In this document: positions 46,701-57,263 of the stretch, in pieces
How positions within the stretch are numbered: position 1 is the first letter of the stretch
How the letters are laid out: every line of letters starts with the position of its first letter
Source of the DNA: Eledone cirrhosa
Taxonomy: Eukaryota
Reading direction: 5' to 3'
Length of the DNA stretch: 64,000 nt
NCBI GenBank assembly: GCA_964016885.1
Contig: OZ024741.1
Span: 10,726,001 to 10,790,000, forward strand
Notes under the pieces: model-generated
Told to the model about the DNA's origin: nothing
Seen by the model: only the letters and a program-made list of their open reading frames with translations
Databases searched by the model: none
Made by a program: the position numbers and the translations under genes

Positions 46701-49700
46701 GTCAGGTCTCTAGACTGGACATCTAAGGTCAGATCTCTAGACTGGACATCTATGGTCAGATCTCTAGACTGGACATCTAAGGTCAGGACTATAGACTGGA
46801 CATCTAAGGTCAGGTCTCTAGACTGGACATCTACGGTCAGATCTCTAGAATGGACATCTAAGGTCAGGTCTCTAGACTGGACATCTAAGGTCAGATCTCT
46901 AGACTGGACATCTAAGGTCAGGTCTCTAGACTGGACATCTAAGGTCAGGTCTCTAGACTGGACATCTAAGGTCAGGTCTCCAGAGTGCACATCTAAGGTC
47001 AGTTCTCTAGACTGGACATCTAAGGTCAGATCTCTAGACTGGACATCTAAGTAACGTCTCTAGACTGGACATCTAAGGTCAGGTCTCTAGAGTGCACATC
47101 TAAGGTCAGTTCTCTAGACTGGACATCTAAGGTCAGGTCTCTAGACTGGACATCTGAGGTCAGCTCTCTAGACTGGACATCTAAGGTCAGATCTCTAGAC
47201 TGGACATCTAAGATCAGTTCTCTAGACTGGACATCTAAGGTCAGATCTCTAGACTGGACATCTAAGGTCAGGTCTATAGACTGGACATCTAAGGTCAGGA
47301 CTCTAGAGTGCACATCTAAGGTCAGTTCTCTAGACTGGACATCTAAGATCAGTTCTCTAGACTGGACATCTAAGGTCAGATCTCTAAACTGGACATCTAA
47401 GGTCAGGTCTATAGACTGGACATCTAAGGTCAGGTCTCTAGAGTGCACATCTAAGGTCAGGTCTCTAGACTGGACATCTAAGGTCAGATCTCTAGACTGG
47501 ACATCTAAGGTCAGTTCTCTAGACTGGACATCTAAGGTCAGATCTTTAGATTGGACATCTAAGGTCAGGTCCCTAGACTGGACATCTAAGGTCAGGTCTC
47601 TAGACTGGACATCTAAGGTCAGATCTCTAGACTGGACATCTAAGGTCAGGTCTCTAGACTGGACATGTAAGGTCAGGTCTCTAGACTGGACATCTAAGGT
47701 CAGGTCTCTAGACTGGACATCTAAGGTCAGATCTCTAGACTGGACATCTAAGGTCAGGTCTCTAGACTGGACATGTAATGTCAGGTCTCTAGACTGGACA
47801 TCTAAGGTCAGATCTCTAGACTGGACATCTATGGTCAGATCTCTAGACTGGACATCTAAGGTCAGGACTATAGACTGGACATCTAAGGTCAGGTCTCTAG
47901 ACTGGACATCTACGGTCAGATCTCTAGAATGGACATCTAAGGTCAGGTCTCTAGACTGGACATCTAAGGTCAGATCTCTAGACTGGACATCTAAGGTCAG
48001 GTCTCTAGACTGGACATCTAAGGTCAGGTCTCTAGACTGGACATCTAAGGTCAGGTCTCCAGAGTGCACATCTAAGGTCAGTTCTCTAGACTGGACATCT
48101 AAGGTCAGATCTCTAGACTGGACATCTAAGTAACGTCTCTAGACTGGACATCTAAGGTCAGGTCTCTAGAGTGCACATCTAAGGTCAGTTCTCTAGACTG
48201 GACATCTAAGGTCAGGTCTCTAGACTGGACATCTGAGGTCAGCTCTCTAGACTGGACATCTAAGGTCAGATCTCTAGACTGGACATCTAAGATCAGTTCT
48301 CTAGACTGGACATCTAAGGTCAGATCTCTAGACTGGACATCTAAGGTCAGGTCTATAGACTGGACATCTAAGGTCAGGACTCTAGAGTGCACATCTAAGG
48401 TCAGTTCTCTAGACTGGACATCTAAGATCAGTTCTCTAGACTGGACATCTAAGGTCAGATCTCTAAACTGGACATCTAAGGTCAGGTCTATAGACTGGAC
48501 ATCTAAGGTCAGGTCTCTAGAGTGCACATCTAAGGTCAGTTCTCTAGACTGGACATCTAAGGTCAGATCTCTAGACTGGACATCTAAGTCGCGTCTCTAG
48601 ACTGGACATCTAAGGTCAGGTCTCTAGACTGGACATCTAAGGTCAGTTCTCTAGACTGGACATCTAAGGTCAGATCTCTAGACTGGACATCTAAGGTCAG
48701 ATCTCTAGACTGGACATCTAAGATCAGTTCTCTAGACTGGACATCTAAGGTCAGATCTCTAGACTGGACATCTAAGGTCAGGTCTATAGACTGGACATCT
48801 AAGGTCAGGTCTCTAGAGTGCACATCTAAGGTCAGTTCTCTAGACTGGACATCTAAGGTCAGATCTCTAGAGTGCACATCTAAGGTCAGGTCTCTAGACT
48901 GGACATCTAAGGTCAGATCTCTAGACTGGACATCTAAGGTCAGGTCTCTAGAATGGACATCTAAGGTCAGATCTCTAGACTGGACATCTAAGGTCAGATC
49001 TCTAGACTGGACATCTAAGATCAGTTCTCTAGACTGGACATCTAAGGTCAGATCTCTAGACTGGACATCTAAGGTCAGATCTCTAGACTGGACATCTAAG
49101 ATCAGTTCTCTAGACTGGACATCTAAGGTCAGATCTCTAGACTGGACATCTAAGGTCAGGTCTCTAGACTGGACATCTAAGGTCAGGTCTCTAGAGTGCA
49201 CATCTAAGGTCAGTTCTCTAGACTGGACATCTAAGGTCAGATCTCTAGACTGGACATCTAAGGTCAGATCTCTAGACTGGACATCTAAGGTCAGATCTCT
49301 AGACTGGACATCTAAGATCAGTTCTCTAGACTGGACATCTAAGGTCAGATCTCTAGACTGGACATCTAAGGTCAGATCTCTAGACTGGACACCTAAGATC
49401 AGTTCTCTAGACTGGACATCTAAGGTCAGATCTCTAGACTGGACATCTAAGGTCAGGTCTCTAGACTGGACATCTAAGGTCAGGTCTCTAGAGTGCACAT
49501 CTAAGGTCAGTTCTCTAGACTGGACATCTAAGGTCAGATCTCTAGACTTGACATCTAAGTCACGTCTCTAGACTGGACATCTAAGGTCAGGTCTCTAGAG
49601 TGCACATCTAAGGTCAGGTCTCTAGACTGGACATCTAAGGTCAGATCTCTAGACTGGACATCTAAGGTCAGGTCTCTAGACTGGACATCTAAGGTCAGGT

Positions 49701-52700
49701 CTCTAGACTGGACATCTAAGGTCAGGTCTCTAGACTGGACATCTAAGGTCAGTTCTCTAGACTGGACATCTAAGGTCAGGTCTCTTGACTGGACATCTAA
49801 GGTCAGATCTCTAGACTGGACAGCTAAGGTCAGGTCTCTAGACTGGACATCTAAGGTCAGGTCTCTAGACTGGACATCTAAGGTCAGTTCTCTAGACTGG
49901 ACATCTAAGGTCAGGTCTCTTGACTGGACATCTAAGGTCAGATCTCTAGACTGGACAGCTAAGGTCAGGTCTCTAGACTGGACATCTAAGGTCAGGTTTC
50001 ATGACTGGACATCTAAGGTCAAGTCTCTAGCCTGGACATCTAAGGTCAGTTCTCTAGACTGGACATCTAAGGTCAGATCTCTAGACTGGACATCTAAGGT
50101 CAGATCTCTAGACTGCACATTTATTAACGTGAGGTCTCTAGACTGGACATCTAAGGTCAGTTCTCTAGACTGGACATCTAAGGTCAGGTCCTAGACTGGA
50201 CATCTAAGGTCAGATCTTTAGATTGGACTTCTAAGGTCATTTCTCTAGAGTGGATATCTAAGGTCAGGTCTCTAGACTGGACATCTAAGGTCAGATCTTT
50301 AGATTGGACATATATTAAGGTCAGGTCTCTAGACTGGACAGCTAAGGTCAGGTCCCTAGACTGGACATCTAAGGTCAGGTCTCTAGACTGGACATCTAAG
50401 GTCAGATCTCTAGACTGGACATCTAAGGTCAGATCTCTAAACTGGACATCTAAGGTCAGGTCTCTAGACTGGACATCTAAGGTCAGGTCTCTAGACTGGA
50501 CATCTAAGGTCAGATTTCTAGACTGGACATCTAAGGCCAGATCTCTAGACTGGACATCTAAGGTCAGGTCTCTAGACTGGACATCTAAGGTCAGATCTCT
50601 AGACAGCACATCTAAGGTGAGGTCTCTAGACTAGACATCTAAGGTCAGGTCTCTAGACTGGACATCTAAGGTCAGATCTCTAGACTGGACATCTAAGGTC
50701 AGATCTCTAGACTGGACATCTAAGGTCAGGTCTCTAGACTGGACATCTAAGGTCAGATCTCTAGACTGGACATCTAAGGTCAGATCTCTAAACTGGACAT
50801 CTAAGGTCAGGTCTCTAGACTGGACATCTAAGGTCAGGTCTCTAGACTGGACATCTAAGGTCAGATTTCTAGACTGGACATCTAAGGCCAGATCTCTAGA
50901 CTGGACATCTAAGGTCAGGTCTCTAGACTGGACATCTAAGGTCAGATCTCTAGACAGCACATCTAAGGTGAGGTCTCTAGACTAGACATCTAAGGTCGGG
51001 TCTCTAGACTGGACATCTAAGGTCAGGTCTCTAGACTGGACATATATAATGTCAGTTCTCTAGAGTGGACATCTAAGGTCAGGTCTGTCTCTAGACTGGA
51101 CATCTAAGGTCGGATCTCTAGACTGGACATCTAAGGTCAGGTCTCTAGACTGGACATCTAAGGTCAGGTCTCTAGACTGGACATCTAAGGTCAGATCTCT
51201 AGACTGGACATCTAAGGTCAGGTCTCTAGACTGGACATGTAAGGTCAGGTCTCTAGACTGGACATCTAAGGTCAGATCTCTAGACTGGACATCTATGGTC
51301 AGATCTCTAGACTGGACATCTAAGGTCAGGACTATAGACTGGACATCTAAGGTCAGTTCTCTAGACTGGACATCTACGGTCAGATCTCTAGAATGGACAT
51401 CTAAGGTCAGGTCTCTAGACTGGACATCTAAGGTCAGATCTCTAGACTGGACATCTAAGGTCAGGTCTCTAGACTGGACATCTAAGGTCAGGTCTCTAGA
51501 CTGGACATCTAAGGTCAGGTCTCTAGACTGGACATCTAAGGTCAGGTCTCTAGACTGGACATCTAAGGTCAGTTCTCTAGACTGGACATCTAATGTCAGT
51601 TCTCTAGACTGGACATCTAAGGTCAGATCTCTAGACTGGACATCTAAGGTCAGGTCTCTAGACTGGACATCTAAGGTCAGGTCTCTAGACTGGACATCTA
51701 AGGTCAGGTCTATAGACTGGACATCTAAGGTCTGTTATCTAGACTGGACATCTAAGGTCAGGTCTCTAGACTGGACATATATTAAGGTCAGGTCTCTAGA
51801 CTGGACATCTAATGTCAAGTCTCTAGACTGGACATCTAAGGTCAAATCTCTAGACTGGACATCTAAAGTCAGGTCTCTAGACTGGACATATATTAAGGTC
51901 ATGTCTCTAGTCTGGACATCTAAGGTCAGGTCTCTAGACTGGACATCTAAGGTCAAGTCTCTAGACTGGACATCTAAGGTCAGGTCTCTAGACTGGACAT
52001 ATATTAAGGTCAGGTCTCTAGACTGGACATCTAATGTCAAGTCTCTAGACTGGACATCTAAGGTCAGGTCTCTAGACTGGACATCTAACGTCAGGTCTCT
52101 AGACTGGACATATATTAAGGTCAGGTCTCTAGACTGGACATCTAATGTCAAGTCTCTAGACTGGACATCTAAGGTCAGTTCTCATGACTGGACATATATT
52201 AAGGTCAGTTCTCTAGGCTTGACATCTAAGGTCAGGTCTCTAGACTGGACATCTAATGTCAGGTCTCTAGACTGGACATCCAAGATCAGGTCTCTAGACT
52301 GGACATATATTAAGGTCAGGTCTCTAGACTGGACATCTAAGGTCAGATCTCTAGACTTTACATCTAAGGTCAGATCTGTAGACTGGACATCTAAGGTCAG
52401 GTCTCTAGACAGGACATATATTAAGGTCAGTTCTCTAGACTGGACATCTAAGGTCAGTTCTCTAGACTGGACATCTAAGGTCAGATCTCTAGACTGGACA
52501 TCTAAGCTCAGGTCTCTAGACTGGACATCTAAGGTCAGGTCTCTAGACTGGACATCTAAGGTCAGATCTCTAGACTGGACATATATTAAGTCAGGTCACT
52601 AGACTGGACATCTAAGGTCAGTTCTCTAGACTGGACATATATTAAGGTCAGGTCTCTAGACTGGACATCTAAGGTCAGGTCTCTAGACTGGACATCTAAG

Positions 52701-52997
52701 GTCAGATCTCTAGACTGGATATCTAAGGTCAGATCTCTAGACTGGACATCTAAGGTCAGGTCTCTAGACTGGACATCTAAGGTCAGTTCTCTAGACTGGA
52801 CATCTAATGTCAGTTCTCTAGACTGGACATCTAAGGTCAGATCTCTAGACTGGACATCTAAGGTCAGGTCTCTAGACTGGACATCTAAGGTCAGGTCTCT
52901 AGACTGGACATCTACGGTCAGATCTCTAGACTGGACATCTAAGTTCAGTTCTCTAGACTGGACATATATTAAGGTCAGGTCTCTAGACTGGACATCT

Positions 52998-53550
52998 AAG
53001 ATCAGGTCTCTAAACTGGTCATCTAATTTCAGGTCTCTAGACCGGACATATATTAAGGCCAGGTCTCTAGACTGGACATCTAATGTCAGGTCTCTAAACT
53101 GGACATCTAAGCTCAGGTCTCTAGACTGGACATCTAAGATCAGGTCTCTAAACTGGTCATCTAAGTTCAGGTCTCTAGACCGGACATATATTAAGGTCAG
53201 GTCTCTAGACTGGACATCTAATGTCAGGTCTCTAAACTGGACATCTAAGTTCAGATCTCTAGACTGGACATCTAAGATCAGGTCTCTAAACTGGTCATCT
53301 AAGTTCAGGTCTCTAGACCGGACATATATTAAGGTCAGGTCTCTAGACTGGACATCTAATGTCAGGTCTCTAAACTGGACATCTAAGCTCAGGTCTCTAG
53401 ACTGGACATCTAAGATCAGGTCTCTAAACTGGTCATCTAAGTTCAGGTCTCTAGACCGGACATATATTAAGGTCAGGTCTCTAGACTGGACATCTAATGT
53501 CAGGTCTCTAAACTGGACATATATTAAGGTCAGTTCTCTAGAGTGGACAT
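52998..53550 (+). repeat. Terminal 138-bp five-monomer higher-order repeat (4x27+30), ~4 copies
   Basis: Diagnostic AAACTGGTC at 53012, 53150, 53288 and 53426 (exact 138-bp spacing), each followed by an ACCGGACATATATT monomer. Confidence 0.93.
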
Positions 53551-53714
53551 ATATTAAGGTCAGGTTTCATACCCACCATGATTTGATGTCATGGCGTGTT
53601 TGTTCCTCTTGCAGGAACCTAAAGTTTCTAGGGTTTTCTTTACCTTTCTCCATCAATCACGGAGACCCTGGGAAATGTCCCGTCCACCTTGTCTAAGCAA
53701 TGAAAAAATACGTA

Positions 53715-54290
53715 TGTGCCCCAATAATCACAAGCATAAATCTGAAGGTGTAATCAGGATGGAGTATCTGCAGATTTCTCATCAGTTCTGCATAAATATT
53801 CTCCTTTTCACTAATCTTTTATAATATATTGGCATCTGCTGTGCAGCTAATTTCTACTACTGTGCATGTTTTCTTCTCCTTGTTCCATATCATAATATAT
53901 GGTCTGTTATGCCTGCATTTTATTGTGGTTTTTACTGGAACATTCCACCAGTACTTTTTCATATTATGTGCATGGATGTCTTCCACATTGTTGTAGCTTT
54001 TAATGTGTTTATTATCGGGGCTATCTTTTTTACGAACTGCATCGTACAGTGTTTTGGCCACTATATCATGCCTCATAGGTAGATAGTACCGCGATGACAT
54101 CTTTGGACAGCTGCTGATGACAAGGGTGATATCCTCGATGTTAGTTCTGCAAAGTATGCACTTGTTATCACATCTAGGTGTTTTGCTTGCATCCCTATCT
54201 CTTTTGTGAATCAGGTATTTCCTGCTAATCTCCTGTTATTGGATTGCAAAAGCGTATCCTTCAAAGTGGGAGCCAATATAGCGGTTGTTG
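53715..54290 (-). pseudogene. CCHC zinc knuckle and PD-(D/E)xK restriction-like endonuclease remnant
   Basis: CDNKCILCRTNIEDITLVISSCPKMSSRYYLPMRHD...WWNVPVKT...HNRPYIMIW...VVEISC. The knuckle His reads as Leu, catalytic PD reads as PY, and there are in-frame stops. Confidence 0.8.
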
Positions 54291-54585
54291 GTCCAAGAGA
54301 CTACTTTTCTTATCTACATTACTCTCACTCTGGAGCTTCCTGGCAACATATCCATGTATGATTTTTTGCTGATAAGCATGCAGTTTTTCATCCATGGATT
54401 CACTGTGAATCTGCTGAACGACATCCCTGGGTGTGAGTTTTTGATTATCACACAGGGAATATCTCTCAAGGAGTTCCTTCCCAACTCTCATGATCTTATC
54501 TGTTTCATGCAGATAGACTTGCTCGAGAAGCGGGCTCCTACGCTTCGAGGTTCGTAGATGTTGTCGGAGAGATATGATGCGACAT

Positions 54586-55249
54586 TCTCACATTTCTTGA
54601 GCAGAAAGGACAAGGGGTTTAATGACAAGATGAACAATATCACAGAGACTGTCCCCCTGTAATATATCCCTGCAATATTTTATTTTATCAGTGAAAATAG
54701 AGTCCTCCCTCTCTGTCTTTAACCTTAGGATAGTAGCCCAAGAAGAAGACAGCCTCTCTATGGCTCTGACAATAATGTCTGGGACTTTAGAAAGTTGGAG
54801 GGCCTCTATCATCCAAGAGTGGGGAACATAATCAAAAGCTTTCCTGTAGTCCAGCCAGACTGTAGTCATATTCCTCCTAAGTTGTCGCACCTCCGACATC
54901 GCAGTTTTGTTGATTAGGAGTTGTTCAGCACATCCCCAAACCCTTTTCTTTCCAGCTGCTTGTTCATCTGTGATGATGTTATTATTTTCACAGTGATCTT
55001 GGAGGAATAGGTTCAGGCAGGCTGTATACATCTTATACATCAGGTTCTGGCATGCAATGGGTCGGTAGTTTATTGCCAAGTGGGTGTCTTTGTTCTTGGG
55101 GACCAGTAACGTTTGTGCTAATGTCAACCATTCTGGTATCAGTGTATCTCCCTTAAGAACTTGTTGGTAGAGGTCAGTAAGATACCTCCGATAGAATATT
55201 AGTTTTTTGTACCACTAGCCGACAATCATGTCTCTTCCTGGTGTTTTCT
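54586..55249 (-). pseudogene. Reverse transcriptase N-terminal half (domains 0-4) of the R4-like element
   Basis: ORF 54588..55127 plus upstream frame. There is an in-frame stop in domain 0 and a frameshift right after QGDSL (continues SVILFILSLNPLSFLL in another frame). The catalytic xxDD region and thumb are absent (deletion junction ~54586). Confidence 0.85.
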
Positions 55250-55694
55250 TATGTATGTATGTATGTATGTATGTATGTATGTATGTATGTATGTATGTAT
55301 GTATGTATGTATGTATGTATGTATGTGTGTATATATGCTTGTATGTATGTTTGTATGTATGTATGTTTGTATGTATGTATGATTGTATGTGTGTATGTAT
55401 GTATGTATGACTGCATGTATGTATGTGTGTATGTATTATGTATGTATGTGTGTATGTATGTATGTATGACTGTATGTATGTATGTATGTGTGTATGTATT
55501 ATGTATGTATGTTTGTATGTATTATGTATGTATGCATGTATTTATGTGTGTATGTATTATGTATGTATGCATGTTTGTATGGATGCATGCATGACTATGT
55601 ATGTGTGTATGTATGTATGTATGTATGTATGTATGTATGTATGTATGTATGTATGTATGTGTGTGTGTATGTATGTATGTATGTATGTATGTTT
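55250..55694 (+). repeat. (TATG)n microsatellite, degenerate in the middle
   Basis: Direct reading of tatg/tgtg runs. Confidence 0.97.
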
Positions 55695-56142
55695 GTCAAA
55701 GGGCAAAGGAGCTCTTAAGAGTCAATGGCCATCCAAAATCGTCGGGAGAGATGACCCCTTAGCCTTTGTCAAGGCAGAATTCTAGGAGAAGGAAAACTCT
55801 GATATAACACCTGCAACCCTGATTGTATCCAATGATGTTGACTTGTTCTTCTTTTTGGTAAATATCATCTTGGTTAAGAGAGTGGGACTGGCTTCGTGCA
55901 GTGCCTTTACTCACTATAAAAGCTTCACGGCACAGGCATTGCTTTATATCTGGAGATCTCTCTGCACTTGTCACATGATACCAGCACTATGTGTCAATAA
56001 TTGTCACAAGTGTAGTGTTTGTACCAGAGTTTTCAAGTCGCTGGCTGGACTAAAAAGTCACACTCTTTGAGCGCATCGGTAGGGGTTCTCCTACATGGAT
56101 ATAAAGTAATGGCCGTACTCGAAAACGAGTTGGCAGCCACCA
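55695..56142 (+). mobile_element. Short bipartite RTE-clade derivative (5'UTR-like segment + ORF C-terminus/3'UTR)
   Basis: CTAGGAGAAGGAAAACTCTGA at ~55782 resembles the RTE 5'UTR motif (recalled, not searched). HKCSVCTRVFKSLAGLKSHTL*AH at ~56005-56075 is the terminal C2H2-like motif typical of RTE ORFs. Stem-loop ACTCG-AAAA-CGAGT at 56117-56130 lies just before a (TGTA)n tail. Confidence 0.6.
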
Positions 56143-56230
56143 TGTGTGTGTGTATGTATGTATGTATGTATGTATGTATGTATGTATGTATGTATGTGTG
56201 TGTGTATGTATGTATGTATGTATTTATGTA
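56143..56230 (+). repeat. (TG)n/(TATG)n microsatellite, probable 3' tail of the RTE derivative
   Basis: Direct reading; it abuts the 3' stem-loop. Confidence 0.9.
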
Positions 56231-56289
56231 CGAAAAGAGAAAAGAACAAATAATTTTCGTAGAAACACGAGAAAAAAAACTGTTGAAGG

Positions 56290-56460
56290 AAGATAGGAGA
56301 GATGAGAAAGAGAGAGAAATATATATAGAGCGCGTGATAGAGAAAGAGAGAGCGTGCTAGAGAAAGAGAGAGCATGTGAGAGAAAAAGAGCGAGATCATA
56401 TGAGAGAGAAAGAGCGAGAGTATATAAGAGTATATAGGGTAGAGAAAAGAAGAGGAGCGA
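56290..56460 (+). repeat. GA-rich low-complexity / decayed (GA)n
   Basis: Purine-rich gaga runs. Confidence 0.8.
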
Positions 56461-56880
56461 AGTTGGATTATGTAGCATCACCATCACATATCGCTTCCGG
56501 ACCGTTGGCTATAAAACGGAAGCAGTGATGCGTGTAGAAAAACCAACTATTAAATATTTTATCCTGGTATGGCAGCAAGAGAAAGTTATTGACCCGGAGC
56601 AATTTCACGGTTGGGGACACAATTCAATCGAACACCGTGTTGTGTTTGCAATGGCGATAGACTAACATGAAGTTAATAGCAGGACAGTTAAATTCCAAGT
56701 GGCAATCTGGACGACGGTTGTTGTGTTGTTGGATAGTTAGTTGGTTTGTTGGTCCACATTGGCTGTTATGAGGTCCGGCTGGATGAAAGGTGTTTGGTCG
56801 TTGGCATAAGAAATGGTGGAAAGGAAATCTTCATTGTCATGAATTCTCACTTGTAGCTAATTATACACATACCCACTACA

Positions 56881-56900
56881 TATGTATATATTTATATATA

Positions 56901-56960
<60 letters not shown>
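56881..56960. repeat. (TA)n microsatellite
   Basis: Direct reading. Confidence 0.97.
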
Positions 56961-56963
<3 letters not shown>

Positions 56964-57081
56964 GTTTCTACTTTAGGCACAAGGCCAGCAATTACCCAGT
57001 GCATTACTGGTACTTTATTTTATCGACCCCGTAAGGATGAAAGGCAAAGTCAACCGCGGCGGGATTCAACCTCGGCGGGAT

Positions 57082-57086
<5 letters not shown>
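56961..57086 (-). mobile_element. 5'-truncated, internally deleted SINE copy (same family as 61350-61950)
   Basis: Reverse complement reads TTCAAATCCCGCCGAGGTTG..CTTTGCCTTTCATCCTTACGGGGTCGATAAAATAAAGTACCAGTAATGCACTGG..AATTGCTGGCCTTGTGCCTAAAGTAGAAACAAT, matching the copies at 61350-61800. It has a 16-bp internal tandem duplication at 57051-57082. Confidence 0.85.

Positions 57087-57142
<56 letters not shown>
57087..57142. repeat. (TA)n microsatellite
   Basis: Direct reading. Confidence 0.97.
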
Positions 57143-57144
<2 letters not shown>

Positions 57145-57230
57145 GAAAAATTGAACGGGAACAAAACAGAGAGGCAGTACAACGAATGTTTATTAATTTC
57201 ACGCTCTGGAGAGTGGGGTGGTGGTGGGGA

Positions 57231-57263
57231 ACGACGTTTCGGGCATAAGCCCTTCTTCAGGTG
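57231..57263 (-). ncRNA. Minimal hammerhead ribozyme-like motif in the Penelope pseudo-LTR
   Basis: Minus strand CAC-CTGAAGA-A-GGGC-TTAT-GCCC-GAAA-CGTC-GT: core boxes, stem II, palindromic ACGT at stem III and a GUC cleavage triplet. Stem I is weak (2 bp). Confidence 0.7.

Larger units (their letters stand above)
1..53568 (+). repeat. Satellite DNA array, 27-bp monomer (ACTGGACATCTAAGGTCAGGTCTCTAG) with a 30-bp variant (ACTGGACATATATTAAGGTCAGGTCTCTAG); roughly 1,900-2,000 monomers by length/period; continues beyond the left edge
   Basis: Head-to-tail monomers are visible on every line from 1 to ..aaggtcaggtttc (53568). The XbaI site TCTAGA is in most monomers. A triallelic position CAG[G/A/T]TCT recurs (A creates BglII). 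Occasional 26-, 28-, 29- and 31-bp units occur. No inserted foreign sequence or inversion was seen. Confidence 0.99.
53569..55249 (-). mobile_element. Decayed, 5'-truncated non-LTR retrotransposon with restriction-like endonuclease (R4/Dong-like clade)
   Basis: Minus strand reads KTPGRDMIVG*WYKKL (RT domain 0), NYRPIAC, WLDYRKAFDYVPHSW, QGDSL, then EGYAFAIQ*QEI, CILC..EDITLVISSC, RHD, HNRPYIMIW..VVEISC, EKENIY and VIIGA. This is the RT-CCHC-RLE order of R4-type elements. Confidence 0.85.

Noticed and set aside
258-52602. Long ORFs on both strands of the satellite ((WTSKVRSLD)n and (DVQSRDLTL)n, up to 696 aa) as repeat proteins
   Set aside because: They are a consequence of 27- and 30-bp periods with one stop-free frame per strand. 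Frameshifting 26/28/29/31-bp monomers and TGG>TGA/TAG changes are freely propagated, and there are no unique N/C-termini or evident splice structure.
1-53568. CRISPR array (27-30-bp partly palindromic repeat)
   Set aside because: No unique spacers, no cas genes, eukaryotic context.
55228-55785. (MYVC)n and similar (YI)n ORFs here and at 56790-57264, 59600-60149 and 62378-63303
   Set aside because: Translations of TATG and TA microsatellites.
56460-56880. Possible promoter or exon in the unique segment (TATAAAA at ~56510 inside a GCTTCCG/CGGAAGC inverted repeat)
   Set aside because: No downstream ORF or recognisable motif; a 7-bp inverted repeat and a TATA-like word are expected by chance.
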